Below are positions 34,300 to 45,568 of a DNA stretch of 64,000 nucleotides, piece by piece. The notes beneath the pieces were generated by a model. It made no database searches, was not told where the DNA came from, and worked only from the letters and a program-made list of their open reading frames with translations. Each line of letters opens with the position of its first letter. The stretch's first letter is position 1. A program made the position numbers and the translations under genes. The stretch is taken from NCBI GenBank assembly GCA_963555755.3, contig OY820905.2, positions 1,760,001 to 1,824,000 on the forward strand. The letters are read 5' to 3'. Origin of the DNA: Nitrospirales bacterium. Its GTDB lineage: Bacteria; Nitrospirota; Nitrospiria; Nitrospirales; UBA8639.

Positions 34300-36510
34300 C
34301 TACCGTGAACCTTCCCATACTCGGATTCGTTTCGCAGAGATCACACCTTCGATTCGTCCAACCGCTTCCAAGGTTCGGTCAAGATGTAAGGTATTCGACA
34401 CCTCAATGACAAAATCCAAGACAGCTTTTTGATCTTCTCGTGTCGTAATTTCTGCTCGACTGATGTTAGCCTGAGATAAAGAAATGGCGGAAGATACCTT
34501 GGCTAACACCCCCGGTTGATCAATCGTCAACACGCAGACTTTGACTGAATGATTGCCTTCGATTTTCCCATCCCATTCAACCTCAACCAAACGGTCCTTT
34601 TCATAGTCCAAGGCTTGAAGGTTGGGACAGCCTACAGAGTGAATGGTGAGACCACTCCCACGCGTAATGTATCCCATGATGGGATCCCCCGGAACAGGGC
34701 TACAGCATTTCGAGAGCTGCATCATGACATCTCGACCGCCCATGATTTTTACAGCTTTGATAGGCCTTGGGGCCCGCATGTGCGGAACCACCCCTTCCGC
34801 GTCATCCTGGGCAACTTCTTCCCGGGCAGCAGGATCAAGAAATTGGTTGACGACCGTAGCGGCGGACAGGCGACCATAGCCGATCATTCTCATCATTTCA
34901 TCGAGTGATTCATATCCAGCGTCAGCTGCAACCTGTACGAGCTGATCGGATTTAAGCAGTTGAGCTGCCGGAAGGTTATGCCGTCGAAATTCACGTTCTA
35001 AAAGACGCCACCCTAATTCGAGCCCGCGTTTTTGCTCCTCAACTTTGAGCCAATGCTTGATTTTGGCTCTGGCTCGCGAGGTCTGAACAAATGTCAACCA
35101 TTCCCGCTGAGGGGTTTGAGAAGGCGACTTCAGAATGTGAACCGTATCGCCGCTATTGAGCTTGTGTCGCAAGGGAACAATTTTCCCATTGACCTTTGCG
35201 CCAATACAATGATCGCCGATTTCCGTATGAATGGAATAGGCCAAATCCAACGGGGTGGCGCCAAGAGGCAACTCCTTGACCTCACCTTTTGGGGTAAAGG
35301 CAAACACCACATCATGAAAAACATCCAAATGAAACAAGTCGAGTTTCACGGAATCCATGAACTGCTGGTTGTCTGACAAATCTCGATGCCATTCGACAAA
35401 TTGCCGCAACCAGCTAAACACTTTTTCATCTCGATCACCGACCTTGGCCTGCTCCTTGTACCGCCAATGCGCGGCCACGCCATATTCCGCGAGACGATGC
35501 ATGTCTTCCGTTCGAATTTGAAATTCAATATGCTCCCCTTGTGGACCCAGCACCGTCGTATGGAGCGACTGATATAAATTGGTTCGCGGAGTGGCAATGT
35601 AGTCTTTAAACCGACCATGCACGGGCGGCCACAGGGAATGGATCAATCCCAACACCACGTAACAATTCATTTTGGTATCCGAGACGACTCGAATGGCCGC
35701 GAGGTCATAGACCTCCTCAAAGGTGATCTCTTGTCGTTCCATCTTTTGATGGATGGAGTATAAATGTTTAGGCCTACCCTCCACCGCACCCGTCAGACCC
35801 GCGGCAGCCAAGGCGTCTCGTGTCGCATGAATAATGGATTCGACATATTCCTCCCGCTCTTCATCACGTTTCGCCACTCGCAACTTGAGCAAAGAATAGG
35901 CTTCCGGCTTCGAATATTGAAAACATAAATCCTCGAGTTCCTGCTGCATCCAACTCATACCGAGACGATTAGCCAACGGGGCATAAATTTCCAGGGTTTC
36001 TTGAGCAATCTGTTTTTGCTTGCTCTCGGACATGTGCTCGAGCGTTCTCATGTTATGCAAACGGTCCGCCAACTTAATAAACACCACCCGGATATCATCG
36101 GCCATGGACAGCAGCATTTTTCGAAAATTCTCAGCTTGCTTTTCTTCATAGGTCTCAAAAGGAAGCTGTCCGATTTTCGTGACACCTTCCACCAGGTGAG
36201 TCACTTCGTTTCCAAATTGCGCTTGCAACTCTTCTTGGGTCGCCAGGGTATCCTCTAGCGTGTCGTGGAGAAGCGCCGCGACGATGGCAGTCTCATCTAG
36301 CTTGAGAAAAGTCAGGATTCCCGCCACGGCCAAAGGATGTTGGAGATAGGGTTCCCCGGAACGCCGGGTTTGCCCTTCATGCGCCTTCGCGGAAAAATCA
36401 TACGCGCGTCGGATCACAGCCTCATCCGCTTCGGGATGATAGCTATGAACTTGTTCAACAAGCTGGTCGATCTCTGTGACAATCGCTAAGGACATGTGAC
36501 TCTCATACAC
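34300..36510 (-). CDS. rel: Bifunctional (p)ppGpp synthetase/hydrolase Rel
   Basis: Intact HDTLED hydrolase motif, RFKD and YQSLH synthetase motifs, TGS, ZFD and ACT domains. Confidence 0.96.
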   Translation of the reverse strand: MYESHMSLAIVTEIDQLVEQVHSYHPEADEAVIRRAYDFSAKAHEGQTRRSGEPYLQHPLAVAGILTFLKLDETAIVAALLHDTLEDTLATQEELQAQFGNEVTHLVEGVTKIGQLPFETYEEKQAENFRKMLLSMADDIRVVFIKLADRLHNMRTLEHMSESKQKQIAQETLEIYAPLANRLGMSWMQQELEDLCFQYSKPEAYSLLKLRVAKRDEEREEYVESIIHATRDALAAAGLTGAVEGRPKHLYSIHQKMERQEITFEEVYDLAAIRVVSDTKMNCYVVLGLIHSLWPPVHGRFKDYIATPRTNLYQSLHTTVLGPQGEHIEFQIRTEDMHRLAEYGVAAHWRYKEQAKVGDRDEKVFSWLRQFVEWHRDLSDNQQFMDSVKLDLFHLDVFHDVVFAFTPKGEVKELPLGATPLDLAYSIHTEIGDHCIGAKVNGKIVPLRHKLNSGDTVHILKSPSQTPQREWLTFVQTSRARAKIKHWLKVEEQKRGLELGWRLLEREFRRHNLPAAQLLKSDQLVQVAADAGYESLDEMMRMIGYGRLSAATVVNQFLDPAAREEVAQDDAEGVVPHMRAPRPIKAVKIMGGRDVMMQLSKCCSPVPGDPIMGYITRGSGLTIHSVGCPNLQALDYEKDRLVEVEWDGKIEGNHSVKVCVLTIDQPGVLAKVSSAISLSQANISRAEITTREDQKAVLDFVIEVSNTLHLDRTLEAVGRIEGVISAKRIRVWEGSR

Positions 36511-38206
36511 CTCGACTCATTCGCACATCTCTCATGCGCAACTGAACCCGATCATACCCTTTCCATCGATTGAACTCTGGCATAAACGCTACGTCAAATT
36601 GCTGTCCGCTTCCATTGATCTGGGCAAGCCATTCACCCATCCGAAACCCAATACATTCCACCGGCACCGACCCAGGCTGACGAACCACCAATTTCAAATG
36701 ATTCTCACCCACAATTTTCTTTTCTAAAACCGTGACACCAGAAACTGAAAGAGTCGGTTCAGGATTGCCCATGCCAAACGGATTCAATTGGTCCAATTCT
36801 CGCAACAGCCGAGGGGTCACCTCTGAAAGATGCACCTCCGCGTCGATCTCCAGGACAGGCAACTTGGATTCTGCACTCAACGTATCAGTTACTATCTTAG
36901 CCATTTTTTCTTGCAAACTCGAAAATGCTTGAGAGGAAACGGTTAACCCCGCGGCAGCCGGGTGCCCGCCAAAACCCAGTAAATGCTCCTGGCACTGGGC
37001 CAAGGCTTCAAACACATTGAACCCAGGCACGGAACGCGCAGACCCTTTCCCCACGCCCTCCTGATCAAAGGCCACGACCACCGCCGGACGATGATAGCGC
37101 TCAACCAGTCGAGACGCCACAATACCCACAACCCCCATATGCCACCCTCGCTTACCGACCACAATGACAGGGGACTCATCCCCTTCCTCGACACAGGCTT
37201 TGGCTTCTTCAAAAATATCCTGTTCAATTTCACGACGCTGCCGATTCAACTGCTCTAATTTCTGTGCGATCGACAAGGCCTCGGCTTCCGATTCACTCGT
37301 CAGTAGCTTCACACCTAAGCTCGCATGGGCTAATCGACCGGCGGCATTGATCACCGGAGCAAGCCGAAATCCGATGGTGCTTGCGGAGCAGCTATCCGTA
37401 ATACCTAAAACCTGCTTTAAGGCTCGAATACCACAACGAGTACCCTCGGTGATTTGGCGAAGACCGTCCCGAACGAACGACCTGTTTTCATCACGAAGTG
37501 GCACGACATCAGCCACGGACGACAACGCCACAAGATCAAGGTAATCCTTGGGCGAAACTTCGGGCTGGCCATATTTCATCGAATACGCTTCAGCCATTTT
37601 GTAGGCGAGTCCACCTGAACACAGGCCCTGGAAGGGATAAAGACTGTCGGGGCGATACGGGTTTAAAAAAGCAAAAGGCTCGGGAGCGGTATCTTGAAAT
37701 TGGTGGTGGTCCATCACAATAACATCTATTCCCAGGCGCCGAGCCAATGCTATTTCTCGATGCGAGGTGGTTCCACAATCTGCCGTCACCATCACCGAAA
37801 CATGGCGATCGGCGAGTTTTCGAATGGCACCCTCATTCAATCCATATCCTTCTTCTTGGCGGTGCGGAATATAGACCTCTGCTTGTGCGCCCATTTTCCC
37901 GAAGAAAGACCAATGTAAACTGGTGGCGGAAATGCCATCGACATCGTAATCGCCATAGAAACACATCCGCTCCCGCTGATGAATGGCCTGTTGAAGCCGG
38001 TCAATGCATTTTTCCATGTCTGGCAGAAGGAATGGGTCATGACCATTCCATCCAGAATCGGTCAGCCAACTATGAGCCTGGCCCGAATCCGTTACACCTC
38101 TCCCCCACAACACTTTGGCGGTAATGGGAGAAAAAGCCAATGATTCGGCAAGTGCCAGGATTTGCTCTTGGTCAACGGGCCTGGTGATCCAGCGTTTTTC
38201 GATCAT
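36503..38206 (-). CDS. recJ: ssDNA exonuclease RecJ
   Basis: GDYDVDG, DCG, DHH, INAAGRL, GSARS, GGHPAAAG. Confidence 0.97.
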   Translation of the reverse strand: MIEKRWITRPVDQEQILALAESLAFSPITAKVLWGRGVTDSGQAHSWLTDSGWNGHDPFLLPDMEKCIDRLQQAIHQRERMCFYGDYDVDGISATSLHWSFFGKMGAQAEVYIPHRQEEGYGLNEGAIRKLADRHVSVMVTADCGTTSHREIALARRLGIDVIVMDHHQFQDTAPEPFAFLNPYRPDSLYPFQGLCSGGLAYKMAEAYSMKYGQPEVSPKDYLDLVALSSVADVVPLRDENRSFVRDGLRQITEGTRCGIRALKQVLGITDSCSASTIGFRLAPVINAAGRLAHASLGVKLLTSESEAEALSIAQKLEQLNRQRREIEQDIFEEAKACVEEGDESPVIVVGKRGWHMGVVGIVASRLVERYHRPAVVVAFDQEGVGKGSARSVPGFNVFEALAQCQEHLLGFGGHPAAAGLTVSSQAFSSLQEKMAKIVTDTLSAESKLPVLEIDAEVHLSEVTPRLLRELDQLNPFGMGNPEPTLSVSGVTVLEKKIVGENHLKLVVRQPGSVPVECIGFRMGEWLAQINGSGQQFDVAFMPEFNRWKGYDRVQLRMRDVRMSRGV

Positions 38207-38384
38207 AGCTTTTATGAAAACTGATATAAAAAAAAGGAATGGCGTTTTTCGATCATGGTTTTTTTAAGAACTGGTATGGAAAAGGGCAAGATAGCTTGAT
38301 GAGAATCTTAGGAGTTGGATCCAAGGGTGTCAAACCCAACCTGTGGGGGAAACAACGTAACTCCTAACCCGGACGAGCTGGAAC

Positions 38385-39177
38385 GGTATTGTCAATTTAA
38401 GTTGCAGTTGACAGACTGGGCTGTATGAAAAATAAACCACCCAGCTACCAACGTCACCGTTTTCCCTCTGAAATTATTAGCCATGCCGTCTGGTTGTACC
38501 ATCGTTTCTGCCTCAGTTTCCGTGAAGTCGAAGAATTGCTGACCGAACGTGGCATCACCGTCACCTATGAAACCGTTCGTCAATGGTGCCGAAAGTTTGG
38601 GCCAGCCTATGCTCGGAAATTGAAGAAGCGACAAGGTCGTCTTGGTGAGACGTGGCATCTGGATGAAGTGTTTGTGTCCATCCAAGGCGAACAGCAGTAT
38701 CTCTGGCGAGCCGTGGATCAAGACGGCGATACCATTGATATGTTGGTGCAACGCCGACGCAATAAACACGCGGCCGGGCGCTTCTTCCGCCGCTTACTGA
38801 AAGGCCAAGGCCGTGAGCCGCGCTGGATGATCACCGACACACTCACAAGCTACGGTGCCGCACACCGGGCCGTCATGCCGACCGTCGAGCATATCAATGC
38901 GGTCTACGCGAATAACCGAGTTGAAGTGTCACACCAACCCACGCGGCAACAAGAATATCATATGCGAGGGTTTTCTTCAGCAACTCACGCTCAACGGTTT
39001 TTGACGTGACACGGACTCACCCAGAATCTCTTTCGTCTCGGCCGCCACCTCATGCAGGCGGTCAACTATCGACTGTTGCGCACCCAGGCCTTTCAGGTCT
39101 GGAAGGAAGCGGTGTGCGCATAAGCAGGTCGGCTTAGCTGGCTCAATTTGCCCATCGATCGTTAAGTTGACAATGCC
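38385..39177 (+). mobile_element. IS6-family element
   Basis: Inverted ends GGTATTGTCAATTTAA / TTAAGTTGACAATGCC around an IS6 transposase. Confidence 0.92.
38425..39123 (+). pseudogene. IS6 transposase with in-frame TGA at 39007
   Basis: WHLDEVFV, YLWRAVDQDG, NNRVEVSHQPTR; frame stays open after TGA to TAA 39123. Confidence 0.85.
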
Positions 39178-39375
39178 TCGATTCAAGCTCAACGGTTTCT
39201 CACGCTCCATGGTCTCACACAGAATTTGTTTCGTCTCGGTCGCCATCTGATGCAGGCGGTCCACTATCGGTTCTTACGTACGCAGGCCTTTGAGGTCTGG
39301 AAGGATTCGGTGTACGCATGAGACGTGTGGCCAAACAGGTTCAATTCGCGCTTTGGCCGTTAAGTTGACAATGCC
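39178..39375 (+). mobile_element. Second, diverged IS6 right-end fragment
   Basis: Encodes AQRFLTLHGLTQNLFRLGRH and ends TTAAGTTGACAATGCC. Confidence 0.85.
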
Positions 39376-39534
39376 CCTCAGAGCCTTCCACGGGTTGTTT
39401 TGGGCAACCCGAGTTCGGTGGGGATACAGAGCCTATTGAGTTTTTTCGCAGGTCGTTCAGTTTGACCGTCATGGAAAGCGACAGAATTCCCTGTTGGGCC
39501 ATGATTCCTCCTTTCAGCCCGAATATCGCACCAT

Positions 39535-40893
39535 ATGCCTTCCCATTTAACTAAACCTGTTTAAATGGATCAAACAGCGTCTCAGCTGCAAATCTTTTTT
39601 CAACATCTCCGAAAATGCCGTCATTGGAGTCAGATCGGGATCGCCAACTCAGTCAAGATGTGCTTGACAGGTATCGTCAAAACACGCCTCATGATCAAGA
39701 CCGTTCTACCCAGGTTTACAGATTTTGCCTCACGCTGTTTGGAAAATTGTGAATCAAATACTTACCCAGGAACTTGCCATGAGTAGACTGGTGCCATACG
39801 TAATCAATAGAAATTGGTGATAATTTAACCGAGTATCCCTTCCAACCATCGGACTTGATCTTACTGCCCTTAGCGACATGGCTTTTAGGAATGCTATTCA
39901 TCTCGTCTCTCCAACGTCTTGAAGAATCGCATACCATTGTAAACGCCCTGCCTTCCCATTTGACTAAGGTGATCCCTAGTGTAGTACTGCTGGACTATGG
40001 ACACAGGGTATGCTGCTGATATCTTGGTTTTCTGTTAGGTTCGCACACCGAAGAAGCGTGCTTCGAGTACTTGCCACCGATATCGGTGGCCAGACGGGTT
40101 CAATGTGTCCAGCTTGCCGTCATCGCGGTGGTTGGTCGCTCAAAAAATATTTCCGGTTTGAGTGTTGTCGTGTCATAGACAGGACATCACCTTCTGAAGC
40201 GGCACAGTGATGCATAGACGCACTTGCGCTACGGCTTTGGTTTTGGGAGCCTATAGGCGTCTCCACGCACAACCAAAGCCAGTGCTGTGCAATTGCAGCG
40301 TCAACTCAGTATCAAGAAGGTGGATAGCGCCTGGATTCTGCTCCACAGATTGCGACGAGGAATGGTACGACAGAACCGTGAACGGCTCGCAGGAACAGTT
40401 GAAGCCGACCAACCCATATCGCGTGGACCGGCAAGCTGGCAAAACGGGCCGTGGCGTCGCGAAAGCGCAAAACCGAAGACGTTCTTAGCCGGAGCCGTAG
40501 AAATTCCACGTACACACAAGGGGATCCCTTTCCAGAGAAAGCAGGGCGTTTACGATTAACCTTAGTCAAATGGGAAGGCATATCGCACCAATATCCCAGC
40601 CCTGGTTTGCCCCTAAACCTGTTTAAATGGATCAAACAGCGTCTCAGAATCAAATCTTTTTTCCGCATCTCCGAAAATGCCGTCAAGAGTCAGATCGGGA
40701 TCGCCATCTCAGTCTATGTGCTCGTGACAATCGTCAAAACACGCCTCATGATCAAGACCGATCTCTACCCAACACAGATCTTGAGCCTCACCCTGTTTGA
40801 GAAAATTCCATTGAATCAAATACTTACGGACAGGAACTGCCATGAGTAGACTGGTGCCATACGTAATCAATAGAAATTGGTGATAATTTAACC
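39535..40893. mobile_element. Scrambled IS1595 and IS4 fragments
   Basis: Indel-ridden IS1595 copy (~39949-40583), inverted internal IS1595 piece (~39830-39950), two IS4 3' fragments. Confidence 0.75.
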
Positions 40894-41021
40894 GTATAGT
40901 AGTGCCAATATATAATTTGTGATTTTAATATACTTAGTATTGACATGCCTTTTATAATTATATTCACTAGTGTCCCAACGTTGCTAGATCCATCCCGCAT
41001 AACCATTTGAATTATAGAAGA

Positions 41022-42033
41022 TATGCCTTCCCATTTGACTAAGGTTAGTCCCTAGACTAGTCTGCTGGACTATGGACACAGGGTATGCTGCTGATATCTT
41101 GGATTTTTCTGTTAGGTTCCACACCGAAGAAGCGTGCTTCGAGTACTTGCGGGCGATTCGGTGGCCAGACGGGTTTATGTGTCCAGCTTGCGGTCATCGC
41201 GGTGGTTGGTGGCTCAAAAAATATTTCCGGTTTGAGTGTTCGTCGTGTCATAGACAGACATCACCGCTAAGCGGCACAGTGATGCATAGATCGCACTTGC
41301 CGCTACGGCTTTGGTTTTGGGCTGCCTATTTCGTCTCCACGCACACACCTGGCATCAGTGCTGTGCAATTGCAGCGTCAACTCAGTATCAAGAAGGTGGA
41401 TAGCGCCTGGTATTTGCTCCACAGATTGCGACGAGGAATGGTACGACAGAACCGTGAACGGCTCGCAGGAACAGTTGAAGCCGATGAAACCCATATCGGT
41501 GGACCGGTAAAAGGCAAAACGGGCCGTGGCGTCGCGAAAGCGAAAACCAAGACGTTAATAGCCGGAGCCGTAGAAATTGTCACGTACACACAAGGGGATC
41601 ACTTTCGAGAGAAAGCAGGGCGTTTACGATTAGCGATTCTTCAAGACGCTGGAGAGAACGAGATCAAAGCATTCCTCAATAGCCATGTCGCTGAGGGCAG
41701 TAAGATCAAGTCCGATGGTTGGAAGGGATACTCGGCAAAAGCCTTGGCAGGATACGAACACCTGAGACGGACCCAGGGTGACCCAGCAAGTGCTGGGAAG
41801 CACGCTCCACACATCCATAGAGCGTTCGGCAATCTGCAGACCTGGCTGAACGGGATTCACCATGGAGTGGATTCAAAATACCTGCAACACTATCTTGATG
41901 AGTTTGTCTTTCGCTATAACCGCCGTGAGACTCCAATGAGTACCTTCCAGAGTTTGTTGAAAATCCTGACCAGCAGCTCAAAACCCTTGGGATTCAATAA
42001 ACTGAAGCAACCTTAGTTAAATGGGAAGGCATA
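41022..42033 (+). mobile_element. IS1595-family element copy 1 (1012 bp)
   Basis: IR TATGCCTTCCCATTTGACTAAGG / CCTTAGTTAAATGGGAAGGCATA; 8 bp TSD ATAGAAGA. Confidence 0.95.
41072..42016 (+). CDS. IS1595 transposase
   Basis: RWPDGFMCPAC Zn ribbon, VEADET, SDGW..Y, YLDEFVFRYNRR. Confidence 0.95.
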   Translation: MDTGYAADILDFSVRFHTEEACFEYLRAIRWPDGFMCPACGHRGGWWLKKYFRFECSSCHRQTSPLSGTVMHRSHLPLRLWFWAAYFVSTHTPGISAVQLQRQLSIKKVDSAWYLLHRLRRGMVRQNRERLAGTVEADETHIGGPVKGKTGRGVAKAKTKTLIAGAVEIVTYTQGDHFREKAGRLRLAILQDAGENEIKAFLNSHVAEGSKIKSDGWKGYSAKALAGYEHLRRTQGDPASAGKHAPHIHRAFGNLQTWLNGIHHGVDSKYLQHYLDEFVFRYNRRETPMSTFQSLLKILTSSSKPLGFNKLKQP

Positions 42034-42127
42034 ATAGAAGAAATTAGGCGAATCATGGGTGTCACCGATTTGAACTGTGCAAAAACCTCTAAAATGCCAC
42101 TATTTAGGCTATTTTTGGAGGAAAATC

Positions 42128-43294
42128 ATGCACATAGGGAAACTCGTCTTTGCTCAATTGATGGATCATCTTCCCATGCATACCTTTCGTTGCTGTGTGA
42201 CGCGCTACGATGGAAATCACAAGGTCAAATCATTCAGTTGTCTCGACCAATTCCTCTGTATGAGCGTTGCTCAATTGACCTACAGAGAAAGCCTTCGGGA
42301 TATCGAGGCCTGTCTTCGTGCCCAACGAGAAAAGTGCTACCACATGGGTATTCGTGGAAGCGTCTCTCGCAACACTCTCTCCAATGCCCACAAAGTCCGC
42401 GACTGGAGAATGTACGCCGACGTTGCTCAGGCCTTGATCAAGATGGCACGGCCCCTCTATGCCCAAGAAGATTGAGGGCTCGATCTCGACAATACTATCT
42501 ATGCGCTCGACGCCTCCACAATCGATCTCTGTCTCTCCGTGTTTCCCTGGGCGCTCTTTCGTTCCACCAAATCAGCTGTCACACTCCATACCCTGCTCGA
42601 TTTACGAGGCAATATCCCAACTTTCATCCATATCTCAGACGGCAAGCTACACGACGTCAAGGTCCTCGATCTCCTCATCCCAGAGCCAGGGGCGTTCTAC
42701 ATCATGGATCGAGGGTATCTGGATTTCGGACGACTCTTCACCCTGAATCAAGCCGGCGCCTTCTTCGTCATTCGCGCCAAGAGCAATACCCAATACACAC
42801 GTCGGGACTCTCATCCCATAGCCAGATCCCAGGGGCTGCGCTGCGATCAACGTATTATTCTGACCGGAGTCGATTCAAAGAAGGACTATCCACAATCATT
42901 ACGGCGGATCAAATATCACGACGACCAGATCGACAAAACCTTCAATTTCCTGACCAACAACTTTTTGATACCCGCACAGACTGTAGCCGATCTCTACCGG
43001 TATCGATGGCAGGTAGAGCTGTTTTTCAAATGGATCAAACAACACCTGAGAATCAAATCCTTTTTTGGCACGTCCGAGAATGCCGTGAAGCGTCAGATTT
43101 GGATCGCCATCTCAGTCTACGTGCTCGTGGCGATCATCAAAAAACGACTCAACCTCAAAACCGATCTCTACACAATATGACAGATTTTGAGTCTGACGCT
43201 TTTCGAGAAAACACCATTGGATCAATTACTTATGGGCATCCATTACAAAAATGAGGATTCTATGATGTCTAACCAATTGAATTTGTTCGATTAA
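42128..43294 (+). pseudogene. IS4 transposase (DUF4372 + DDE) with two in-frame TGA codons
   Basis: AQLTYRESLRDIE, MDRGY, YRYRWQVELFFKWIKQ; TGA at 42473 and 43178 in the same frame. Confidence 0.88.
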
Positions 43295-43716
43295 ACGTTG
43301 GGACACTAGTGAATTATATTATAGGTTTATTTGCCCTCGTGTTCAATGGCCCTCGTGTTTAATGTATCGCGAATTTCTTGTAATCGGGAGAAAACAAAAA
43401 AACATACCGGGGCCGTTGAGATTTGAGAGACCGTGAATGCCCAAGTAGGCAAGACTAATTTGGAGGATCTATATCAAAGGCAATATATCTAAACATTTGT
43501 AAGGCCATGGATCTAAAAGTTCTGAATTGAGCAGCCGTTGAATCATGTTGAAATTTTTGTGGGTCATAACAGAATACATGGTTCTCCCATACCGCCATCC
43601 AATTCTGGCTCCCTGAAGCTTTTTGTCCCTGCCTCTCCTTCCTGTTAGCTTTCTTTCTTGTGTAGCTGTACAATATTACCAGCCTTCGCTGAAGCGGGCT
43701 TCGCGCAGGCAGGTCT

Positions 43717-45568
43717 GACGGATCTTCCCCCCATGTTTGCCACCTAAGCTGTTGGAATTCTTCAGGGAAAGATTGGATTGCTCTCTGGAATGTAGGCATG
43801 TAATTGTTGTTTTATCTTGACTATAATGCTTTATTTATGCTATACATAAAGCATGTATATCGCCACCGTTCCTAACCGCACCTCCCCGCCCGCCATTTTA
43901 TTGCGCGAAAGCTACCGAGCGGGCGGCAAGGTGAAGACCCGGACCCTGGCCAATCTGACCTCGTGGCCTCCGGCTCGCGTAGACGCGCTCAAGCGCTGCC
44001 TCCGTGGGGATTTCGATGGAACGGAAGACGAGGCGGGCCCCGTGAGTGATCGGATCTTTGGCGTCCTCTTCGCCCTGAAAGCGGTGGCCCAACGGGTGGG
44101 AGTGGTGTCGGCCTTGGGTCCGAAACGAGTAGCCAAGCTCGCCCTGTTCCTGGTGCTGGCACGAGTGGCTCATCAGGGTTCGCGGCTGTCAGCCGTGCGG
44201 TGGGCCACCGATCATGCGGTCGCTGAGGTGTTGGGATTGCCCGCCTTTGACGAGGATGACCTGTACGAGGCCTTAGACTGGTTGGGCACCCAACAAGAAG
44301 CCATCGAGAAGAAACTGTATCGGGCCTATGTCCAGCGGACCGGCCAGCCCCCGGTCTTGGTGCTCTATGACGTGACCTCCTCCTATTTTGAGGGGGACAA
44401 GAATGAACTGGCCGCCTATGGGTATAATCGGGACGGCAAGAAGCACAAGAAGCAGATTGTGATTGGGTTGCTGACAGGGCCGGATGGTGAGCCGCTGGCC
44501 GTCACGGTGTTCAAGGGGAATACGGCGGATCCCCGCACGGTCGCCGAGCAGATTGAACGGATCAAGACCCAGTTCAAGATCACCGACGTCGTGTTTGTGG
44601 GGGATCGGGGGATGGTGAAAGCCGCAGGCAAGGCGGCCCTCACCGAGCAGGGACTCAAGTACCTCACCGCCCTCACTGACCCGCAGATTCGCACCTTGCT
44701 GAAGAAAGATGTGCTCCAACTCAATTTGTTTGATGAGACGATACAGGAAGTGGAGGATGGGTCTCGTCGGCTGATCCTGCGGCGGAATGAGGCGTTGCGC
44801 CACACGGTGGCCACGCGACGTCAGGACAAAGTGGCCACACTGCAGCAGAAGGTCGCGGCGCGCAATGCGTTTGTCCAGAAGGCCAAGCGGGCCACCCCGG
44901 CGGCGGGACAGCGGCAGCTGACCCAGTGGGCCAAGAAGCACAAGCTCTCCGCCTTCACCACCCTCGCCCTGCAGGGGACCCAGCTTGTGGTCGAGATTGA
45001 TGAGGCCAAGCAGGCCGAGGCGGCCCTGTTGGATGGCTGTTCGGTGCTGGAAACCGATGTGGCTCGGGACACGATGGATGCCGCGACGGTGGATGCCCGG
45101 TACCGGGACCTGCAACGGGTGGAACGCGACTTCCGGACGATGAAGACGGGCTTGCTCGAACTGCGCCCCATCTTTGTGCGGAAGGAGAGCCGCACGCGTG
45201 GCCATGTCTTTGCCGCGATGCTCGCCCTGAAAGTGGCCCGGGAAGGCGAGCGAGGCCTGAAGGAGGCGTTTGGGACGACGGAGCAGAGCGCCCAGGCGCT
45301 GACCCTTCAAGACGCCCTGGGGGCCCTGTCACGATTGTGTTTCCAACGCCATGCAATCGGCGGGCAGGAGGTGCTTCAGCTGGCTCGCCCCGATGCTAGG
45401 CAGGCAACCATCTTTGCCGCATTGGGGATCACCCCGCCTGCCACCACCACACGGCCAGCCAAGGTGCATGTGTAGGCAGAGACGTGGCCTCGCCCAAACC
45501 GTGACTTCTTCAATGACATCAAAAGGTTAGAGCCAAAAATCCGCCCAAAACTCGGGGGAAGATCCGTC
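43717..45568 (+). mobile_element. IS1634-family element (ends approximate)
   Basis: Inverted sequences GACGGATCTTCCCCC / GGGGGAAGATCCGTC around the transposase; no TSD seen. Confidence 0.75.
43853..45475 (+). CDS. IS1634 transposase
   Basis: LLRESYR..GKVKTRTLANL, YDVTSSYFEG, GYNRDGK, VGDRGM, VERDFRTMK. Confidence 0.93.
   Translation: MYIATVPNRTSPPAILLRESYRAGGKVKTRTLANLTSWPPARVDALKRCLRGDFDGTEDEAGPVSDRIFGVLFALKAVAQRVGVVSALGPKRVAKLALFLVLARVAHQGSRLSAVRWATDHAVAEVLGLPAFDEDDLYEALDWLGTQQEAIEKKLYRAYVQRTGQPPVLVLYDVTSSYFEGDKNELAAYGYNRDGKKHKKQIVIGLLTGPDGEPLAVTVFKGNTADPRTVAEQIERIKTQFKITDVVFVGDRGMVKAAGKAALTEQGLKYLTALTDPQIRTLLKKDVLQLNLFDETIQEVEDGSRRLILRRNEALRHTVATRRQDKVATLQQKVAARNAFVQKAKRATPAAGQRQLTQWAKKHKLSAFTTLALQGTQLVVEIDEAKQAEAALLDGCSVLETDVARDTMDAATVDARYRDLQRVERDFRTMKTGLLELRPIFVRKESRTRGHVFAAMLALKVAREGERGLKEAFGTTEQSAQALTLQDALGALSRLCFQRHAIGGQEVLQLARPDARQATIFAALGITPPATTTRPAKVHV

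Larger units (their letters stand above)
40965..43311 (+). mobile_element. IS4-family element carrying a nested IS1595
   Basis: IR CACTAGTGTCCCAACGTT / AACGTTGGGACACTAGTG; 9 bp TSD AATTATATT. Confidence 0.93.

Noticed and set aside
42055..43254. 399 aa plus-strand ORF
   Set aside because: Alternate frame over the IS4 transposase; the conserved motifs are in the other frame
44273..45310. 345 aa minus-strand ORF
   Set aside because: Antisense to the GC-rich IS1634 transposase
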